DNA of 44,496 nucleotides from Perkinsus olseni (Eukaryota): NCBI GenBank assembly GCA_013115125.1, contig JABANN010000272.1, positions 1 to 44,496 of the forward strand, read 5' to 3'. Shown piece by piece: positions 36,695 to 44,496 of this stretch (position 1 is its first letter; each line of letters starts with the position of its first letter). The notes under the pieces were generated by a model. It saw only the letters and a program-made list of their open reading frames with translations, ran no database searches and was not told where the DNA came from. The position numbers and the translations under genes were made by a program.

Positions 36695-37798
36695 TGCAAT
36701 TTGTGAAGACATGCAGAGGGCCTGGGGATTGAACTTGGGAGCGTTGATTGGAGTCGCGGATACAATACTACTAGGCCACACAGTCTAGTTAGAAAACTTA
36801 TTCTAGCTGATAGGACTTCATAGGAACCTGCAGTATCGCGCATAGGAAGGATTCTTTCATTTCAACGCCAAGGTCATTCAGGTTCACTGAGTGAACGGTC
36901 TGGCTTCACGAGCACAGCAGTAGTCCGGCATAGCACTTCGTCCATGGACGAGGAATCTTTCGGAACCCTTAAACGTCGATATATTCGGCAAGAATTTACA
37001 AGTAATTCCTAGTCAATCTCCAGCGCTATAGCGTGTACGTTCAAAAAGGGTCCACACATCATAGTTCGTTGGCGCGAACGAGTTGAGACTTCTAGTGGAC
37101 CGCAATCGAAAGCTCTCATGGTGAAGTTCACCAATATTTTTAATACAATTAATGAACCGGACTGATTACAGTATTAATCATGCCCACTTTCGTGTTATCA
37201 ATTATGGACTGTTAACACTGAAATTACAACACTTTCTCACCAGGTGGGCGGTACATCATGTTGGCGTCTCCGACGCGGTTGGTTGTTGAATCTTTGCTCT
37301 TATATCAGATCCCCGGTGCGTTCCCAGAGATGCCTTGGACCCATCACGGCGAGTGGTGGTGAAGCGGAAATGATTGCGCTAAGAAGATCGCATTGTCTAG
37401 CATACGGCCTGAATATCCCCCCCGCGCCTATCGTTTGAGAGGCTTAAGGCACCTTAGTCCGCGCATCCTGTTCGCGAGAGAAATCTTCGCTGTGCGCTAC
37501 TACTCGCCAGTTCACTCCGCCTTCCTCGCGTAATTCCCTTCCTCGCTGCAACGAATGATTTGCGTTTTTTCAATTCGCCGCGCGCCGGATGATACGGACC
37601 TTCCTCCTGGCGCTGAAGTAGCCAATCGGATCGGTTATCGCTTCGGCTGATTCCGTTGCTAGCTGGGAGAGTTGTGAACGATCGTCTGTCTACCACCAGT
37701 TCCAAGTTCGGTCAGGGAGCGGGAGCTTGGGACTCGGTATAAACATTCGCCCAAAATTAGTGCTCATCGTAGTTCTTAGCTGATTGATTTACTTTATA

Positions 37799-40700
37799 AT
37801 GACATCCCGACTTTCGCGGCAAGTTGGTATGAAACTGAAAGACTCCAAGCAGGCACGCGTTGCATGTAAGCTTTGGAGGGAGCTTCGCGCGGCGTTGGGT
37901 AATCTTCCTGCGCAGGCGGAGCGGAGTTCCCGACCCCTCGGAAGTCGAAGCACAACTTCACAGCAATTTCCAAGCAGGTGAGAGGGTTCCTGAGATAGCG
38001 CTCCGCGATGTGCGGATGGGAGGTGGTTCGATATAGACGGGCAAAGCTGCGCGATATTCGGCCATGCTAGCTATAGCCGGGCGGTTGTCGCCGAGTGTGA
38101 GTAGATATCGCGTTGTTAGTCGCCTGCTCTGGAGGAAATATTTTCATGCTCTTTGAAGATAAACTGCTGTGTGGAGCCAGTCAATTAATGCCTCAACCCG
38201 GGTTCACGACTTCAGCTAAGCCAGAGCGCATAATTGCGCTGCGCGCAGGTTCAATTCCCTCCAGTCGCGCTTTTAACAACACTAGCGGCTTGGGCCACTC
38301 TTAGTTCCTTAGGTTGATGAAATGCTGCGCAGCGGAGGTGTCAAGGCAGGCGAAATGGTGAGTCGTATGGGGTTGAACTTCTTACACTCCAGTCGAAAGA
38401 ATCGCCCAAGGATACTTGAATTAGCAGCCGCCGCGCGAATCGCGGGGCTTGCCGGGAGAGGCGTCACAGTTTCCAGGACGACGTGGTTCTCGTGTTCTAT
38501 GGCCTCTTTTCTTAACAGACTGTTCATTCCGAGCAGGTTTTGGCGAAGATGGTCGACGCGGCACGGGAGCCTGTTCAGCTGTCGCAGACTCTGCAGAAGC
38601 TCGCGCGGATACGGAAGGTCCACAGCTTGAATAGGACCGTAGATGACCTCGCTGATAGGGTGAGACCTTTTTTTCTCTGCGTCGGGGGAATATGGGAAGG
38701 CGTCCCCTTTGCTTTTTTGGTTCGATGGAAGTGATTTTTTCTCACGAGGATCAATTTCGTTGCGCCACTAAGTCGCGTTTGATGGCTTAGAACGCAGAGC
38801 ATCCGCCGCACATAGGAAAGTACTCTGAGAGTAGTCTTAGGAGCGCCTCCTGGTTAACAGCTCCCGCGCACGAGGCACTCGATCCAAGTAGTGTCGAACT
38901 TTGATTTCAGGTCCTGGACCGTCTCGGTCGGATAAGTCTCAGTCACATACCCGCCAGAACCGCCTGTAAGAGGGCCACGCAAGAATAGTTGAATCGCTCA
39001 TGCCAGCTGGTTCCTCGTACATCCCTGGAGATATGTTTCTAGGCACGATTTTACGGTCTACGGAAGGTCTCCCCAACGCAAGTTCCTCGTCAATTGTGGA
39101 GACTATTAATGACGACCTGATACTGAAGGAAGGGTCTGTGTTGTTGAGCTCGGCGACGCCTTTGGACCTCGCCATGTTACTCCACTTCCTGTCCGGGCGG
39201 GCTAGTGATGAGAGCGCTATGGTCAGCCTGGTGGATGCATTGAAGCTGAGAGCACCCGAGCTTGACAACGTTTCTTACCCCATTGCGCTGACCTCGCTAG
39301 CAAAGATACCGTCGAGTGAAGAGGCGAGGGAAAGTGTCCTCGGGCAGTTATCGCAAGTGATTCCCTCTATGACGGGAGCACAGCTCGCCCAGACGTACGA
39401 AGGCTTACAGGAGATGGGCGTCATTGATGAGGATAATGCTGAGCGAATTATGACGAGCTTCTTGTCTATCACTAGCGGATTGGACGCTCGTGACTGGGCC
39501 CGTCTCATGGTTGCTGTGGCTCGTGCACGGCCACAAGATTTGCCACATTTGTTGGAGTGCGCGCAACCCCTTATTTCGGATGCCCAGTGGGGGAGCGCTC
39601 GGGAGCTCGTGGAGGTAAGGCTCACATGCTGCCGCGGGACGGTTGCATCAAACATACGCTACTTCGCTCCACAAATTTTAGGATCGTTTTTGGTTGTTCA
39701 GTACCTACCGTTCACGCTACTCAGCATGTCCATTTGAGAGGTGCCAATTCTCTAAATTTCTGCCAACTTGGCTCACTGGGAGGCCAAGATATTCGGGCCC
39801 TCCCGATCCTCTAGAGAAGTCCCCCGATTCGGGACTCCAGGATGGTCGGTCCTTCTCATCGCCGTTGCTGATGTTGTTAAGGGTAACAAATCGCAGATTG
39901 CGACTCGTTATCACGAAGGTGTCTGACCTCTCCGCTGGAGAACATTCGGTGGAGGTCTCCACGGCAGTACCATGGCCGGCTCTACTCGATTGGGTCGAGT
40001 GGAGAGATAGGAGGTCTGTTCGGTTCCTGCCATCCAAGCTTACCGAAACCTCGTGGAGGGCCGCGATTACAATTAGGCGCCTAACTCGTCGTCTCATACG
40101 CGCGCTTTTCACCCGGTTGATTCAGCTCGTTTGATCGAATGCCTCGGGGTTCGGGCTCGGATGTTGTGAAGCGATAGTTCGGCCCTGATCAAACAATCAT
40201 TCGGTATCACACAGGTTTGGACGACATTATGCCTGTCGTGCGGGACGAGTGGAAAGAGCCTGAGAACGCTCTCGATATATCGTTGTCTACGCAGCTCGCA
40301 AATTGTACAGATCATTCGTTTTGCCCGGTGAACTCCGATGCTCCGAAGACGGTTGGTGATGCCTTCCCTTCGTCACTGACATCGCAGAGCGACACTGCCG
40401 CGGGCTGCTGACATACCTCAGGGCGGGTCTATCAGCTTTCAGCTTGAGCCCATGAAAGCTCAGGATTCCACTGTGGAAGATACTGGCGTTGACTTATAAC
40501 GGGCAGTCATTTCGCATTGATTAGATCAACTTGATTTGCGTTGTTGCACGCGGCGCCGCTTCAAGACGGTCAGTTGTTGCATCCATGGGGCTCACGGAGA
40601 ATTTTTTGATTCAATTCCCTTGAAAATTTCAATAATCTTGTTAGAAGAATTCAATCTCCTGAAAGCGAACTTCTTCGTTTCCTGTTCACTTGAATCGATT

Positions 40701-43700
40701 CAGGTATTGCATAGTATGGCCATCTCGAGCTATAAGGACCCAGTCATTTTACGTGCTCTAAGTAAACGCTTGCGATCGAGTATCTTAGCGGAGCGAAACT
40801 TATCTCATCGAGTAAGTAATGCTCAACACCGTTTGTGAAACCCCCTGCAACGTAATCACTTGTACGCCGAAAAAATCTATATTTTATGAAGACCGCTCAT
40901 GACGCATCTATGTGATCTGTCAGCTCCAATTAGCGACATCTGCCATATCCTACATGTCTGCGATACGCACGATGGTTACTACGATGGAAGAACTATTAAA
41001 TGATGTAGGACGCCGGGTTGGAACTTGCGCCCATCCGATGGAGTTCAGGTGGAACAACTCCTGCGGACAGAAACGGCCACAACGATTCAAATTCACCAGA
41101 TCCTCTCGGCCTTGGTCCGGCAAGATGGCAGGCAAGAGCTCGGTAGAGTTCGCCGGACTTTACTTGGTCGGTTACAGGCTGATACCTCGTCCGTCGAGGA
41201 GTGGCTATCGCGAACTGGTGCAGCTATGCGAGGACCAATGGTGCCGTGCAACCGCTACAACTGACTTAACTGAACGAGTAACTCAAAATTCATTGCCCCT
41301 CGTTTATCGATCATGATTTATTTTTCAGGCCTTTTTGTCGACGATGGCACTCTTCGCGGAGATCAGCAAAGATGCTTTTTCGGAGCGCCTGGTCCAGCTG
41401 ATCTTGAGCTGGTCTTCAGAGACCGATCGCGTTGCTCGATTGAACAACCTTGATTCGATACAGCTCTCGGGTTGGAATTCAAGCAAGGACCGACCACCGC
41501 AAATTGGCACTTTCAGGACTGCTGTCGAGAATATGTGGTTCGGGTGATTCCCATGGAGCTGAAGTCGTGGGGAAGGCGGCTGATATGATAGATGCCGTGT
41601 ATGATCATGCTTGTAGGCATTGACACGACTGAGCACACCATATCAGTGTGGATGTTTCAGGTCACGAGCTCAACTTGCGTGAATGGACACCATCCGAATT
41701 CTCGATTTTTGTGTCTCGCTTAGCTGCAGCAGGGGATACCGGGATGTATGATGCAGAGGGCTTGTCTCATGTGAGTCTTCGGATACCAGTCATTGAGAGC
41801 AACATTGGGTCCCTCTTTTAGACTATCAGTCTACATGTGCAGCGGCATGGGCACGAGTATGACTGTCGCCATCTGACCTTAGTGACGGAGGCGTTGTCCA
41901 AGCTATCCAGCAGAGTCCAAGAGGCCAATGCTCTCGGACCTCTGTGGCATGAGGTGAGGGGTCCCCCGTGTTGTATCATTGATCAACGTGCTTACTGTCC
42001 GTTCATGGTTATCGATTCTGAACGCTATTTGTAGATATCATCGCGGCTGACGGTATTCCAAGCCAAGCAACTGCTGACCATTGGTATTGCAATGTCGAAA
42101 TTCACGAGAGATACGGTCGCAGCAATTCAATACCGGTGAGGTCTTCGTGAAAACTGGACGTACCGGGATTTGAACCCGGGGCCTTCTGCATGCGAAGCAG
42201 ACGTGATACCACTACACCATACGCCCTGTTGTATAACGTCCTATTCCGAAAGCATGGTGGTGTTACTCAGAAACTTCCCGTCACTGACTGGAGCGTTCTT
42301 GAAGGACGGGACACTCCTTGCTTCATTGGACACTTGCTCTAGGGTGGGTGATCGCAGGACACCGAAAAAACATCGTGGCACAATCGCACCCCAGGTCTCG
42401 CTCATCTCCGCCTGGTCTCGAGTCGGGGCCTTGACGGGTTCTTTGCTCGAAGCGGTCGCGTCCGGTATAACCGAAAGTGCATCTTTCAAGCATCCTGTGA
42501 GTTTCGTGAATGCAACCTTACGTCAACGCTGCAGCTCTTTAGATTCGAGATGCTAGTCGGATACTCTTCTCTCTCTACTGTATCAACTTGCACAGTCTCA
42601 TGCGCAACGCAGGGCCGAGTACTCAGGTAGGGTATGAGCCGTCAGCATCGGCAGTCCCTGGCAGCGTTCTTCAGGCACTTGTTCGGCACTGCAGGGAGTC
42701 AATCGAGGCCGAAGCGCCGTTTGCGCCTTCAGCAGCGCCCGAGGATCTGGTTAGAGTAGGTTCGCGGGTAACCGATCCAAAGCGGACTTAATTTTACGAT
42801 AGAGAGTTTTTCATAAATTCGGGATCTATGATTATTTCTCTTCATTCTCGTGTATATTATCCTGAAAATCGGACGTGCGTTTCACGCACTTCTTACTGGC
42901 ATCTTTATCGAAGTAAAGTAGGTACTCATCAGCATATGTGCTTCCTCGGTGATATCGTCGCCTACTACAGCCAGCCGGGCCGATTTGGTTGCGCGTAGTG
43001 CGCTCGAGGCTCTCGCGAAGTTTCATTACAAGTGGCTGATGAACTTCTTAGGTAAGACAGTCCAACTCGCACCCTTGACTAGTCTTGTCGGGTCAGGTGA
43101 AGGTGGTCCTTCGAGAAGTATGTTCACGATGGCTGCGGCCTGGCTTGCGGAAGGGGGGTTTTCTGGCGAAAGTCTAGTGAGTTGAGTGGGTGTTCTCCAC
43201 CGTGTAGTCAAGATAACCCAATAGTATCTTGGATCGATTATCCAATCTCAATGAATCATTAGCAATCGAATGATGGATCACTAAAGCCTAGGCAATATCG
43301 CATTGCATTGAGTGGCGAGCGACAGCCGACACGGCAACAGAGAAGCTCGCCACTCCCTCCTCAGGGGATGATGGATGAAGGGACGAAGAGTCGCCTGGCC
43401 GACCTTCTAGCTGAGCTGAAGGTGCCCGAGAGAGCGGCTCGGATCGACCTGCCCGTCGAAGGTCACTACGGAAGTGACGCGCTGACGATGCAGGAGCAAT
43501 CGATATACCGGAGGTTCCCCCGTTGGTCGCTGAATCTGCTTCTGGCATGCCCTCATCAGGTTGGGCGTGAACGCGGTGGCGATGGTGCCAACACCACCTT
43601 TCACTGTTCGGCTTGCCACTCGGCAAGGGGTGGCTATCGAAGTGGGTCGCGATCCTTGTTATTGATTTTCCCACACTAGATTGAATATAATAGCAGGGGA

Positions 43701-44097
43701 ATGCCTTATTAAGCCTATCGCTGTAAATTGTCTTCACATCCTGAACTTAGCGATAGGCTTCCTTTACCCGGGAGAGACGCATTCCAGAGGTTGGGACAGC
43801 AATGATGATGCACCAGCATCTCCCATGCTGCCTACTAGTTGGTCGCATCGCGTGGACCCCTGTAGGTGTTGGGAGAGCGAGAAGTGTTAGGGCAAAGAGA
43901 GGATCTCGTTGCCTGGACGAAAATAAGGTGAGCAGACACTCTGGTGGGATCGAACCCGGGTCGTCAGCAGGTTAACCCTCCTCGCTAACCGTGGATGGAA
44001 AGTCGTCTTGTTGCGCCCGTCGGAAAGAGTTGGCATGAAGAACGCCGACAGCCTGTATGAGCTGGCCCTGAGTAAAATAGGAGATTCCACCAGATGA
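37799..44097 (+). CDS. Helical-repeat (HPR/FASTK-like) RNA-binding protein with C-terminal RAP domain, probably mitochondrial, multi-exon
   Basis: Arg/Ser-rich N-terminus MTSRLSRQ..RVACKLWRELRAAL. Repeats such as MTGAQLAQTYEGL, LDARDWARLMVAVARAR, YDCRHLTLVTEALSKL and FQAKQLLTIGIAMSK. The last two exons join across intron 43928-43970 to give DLVAWTKIRLTLLANRGWKVVLL (RAP-like). TGA at 44095-44097. Confidence 0.75.
42155..42226 (-). tRNA. tRNA-Ala(CGC)
   Basis: GGGCGTATGGTGTAGTGGTATCACGTCTGCTTCGCATGCAGAAGGCCCCGGGTTCAAATCCCGGTACGTCCA folds as a full cloverleaf with anticodon CGC, the G3:U70 Ala determinant, A and B boxes, and a TTTT terminator 1 nt downstream. Confidence 0.97.
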
Positions 44098-44496
44098 CTC
44101 TTGAGCGTCCACCAATTCATGACTTGTTTCTGCTTGATGTTTCTCGCCAGTAATGTCCTTTGAATTCACCAGTGGCGCATCGAACTTCGCTTCTACCACA
44201 GACCTGTATTTCGGATAGCAAAAATGGCGGCAGAAAAATGGCGGCCCCGGGGTTCGAACCCCCGGCAGCACTCCCCGCCTGCGTTCACGTGACGGACTGT
44301 TCTCCCAAAGAGAGAGGCTGGCTAACGCCGACTAACTGTCAGTTACAGGCTAGGAAGCGGAAAGTGGCCGATTCTTGGATAAATCGATTATGCGGGCGAG
44401 CGCTTTTTACAGCGGACGTTCGTTGGCTACATCGAATCTCGACAACCTGTGTTGTCGAAAACGCGCTGTCCAGATGAAGTTGACGCATACTATTGG

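Noticed and set aside
42170-42270. N-terminus MNPGPSACEADVIPLHHTP of ORF 42170..42556
   Set aside because: Antisense translation of tRNA-Ala within an intron.
44100-44496. 3' end of a further - strand gene
   Set aside because: Plausible splice signals but no recognisable protein, and truncated by the window edge.
1-44496. Prokaryotic operon, defence system or prophage
   Set aside because: Coding sequence is split by spliceosomal introns throughout. Most short ORFs in the track are partial exons or noise.

Overview
Eukaryotic, intron-rich genomic DNA with many 40-60 nt GT-AG introns and GTGAG/GTAAG donors. Gene style suggests a perkinsid alveolate such as Perkinsus (inference, not verified). 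The ORF track shows only exon fragments, so I spliced exons by eye. This gives a SHAQKYF-class Myb gene, a SHIPPO/PGP-repeat (ODF3-like) gene, a VTT/DedA-type multipass membrane gene, a tail-anchored C3HC4 RING gene, a COPI-associated membrane gene, two tandem paralogues of an unrecognised single-pass membrane protein, an intronless two-domain secreted protein, and a long helical-repeat/RAP-domain gene carrying an intact antisense tRNA-Ala(CGC) in an intron. Mobile DNA includes two hAT-type MITEs with 8-bp target-site duplications (TSDs), an internally deleted Tc1/IS630 element, and minisatellites. The most unusual signal is ten isolated tRNA 3'-half/B-box motifs (GGTTCRANYCC, often followed by TTTT 10-12 nt later), mostly in introns and some filling tiny introns. 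A second is an apparent ~5.5 kb intron holding transposons, palindromes and the nested intronless gene. Boundaries of multi-exon genes are approximate unless exon coordinates are given.
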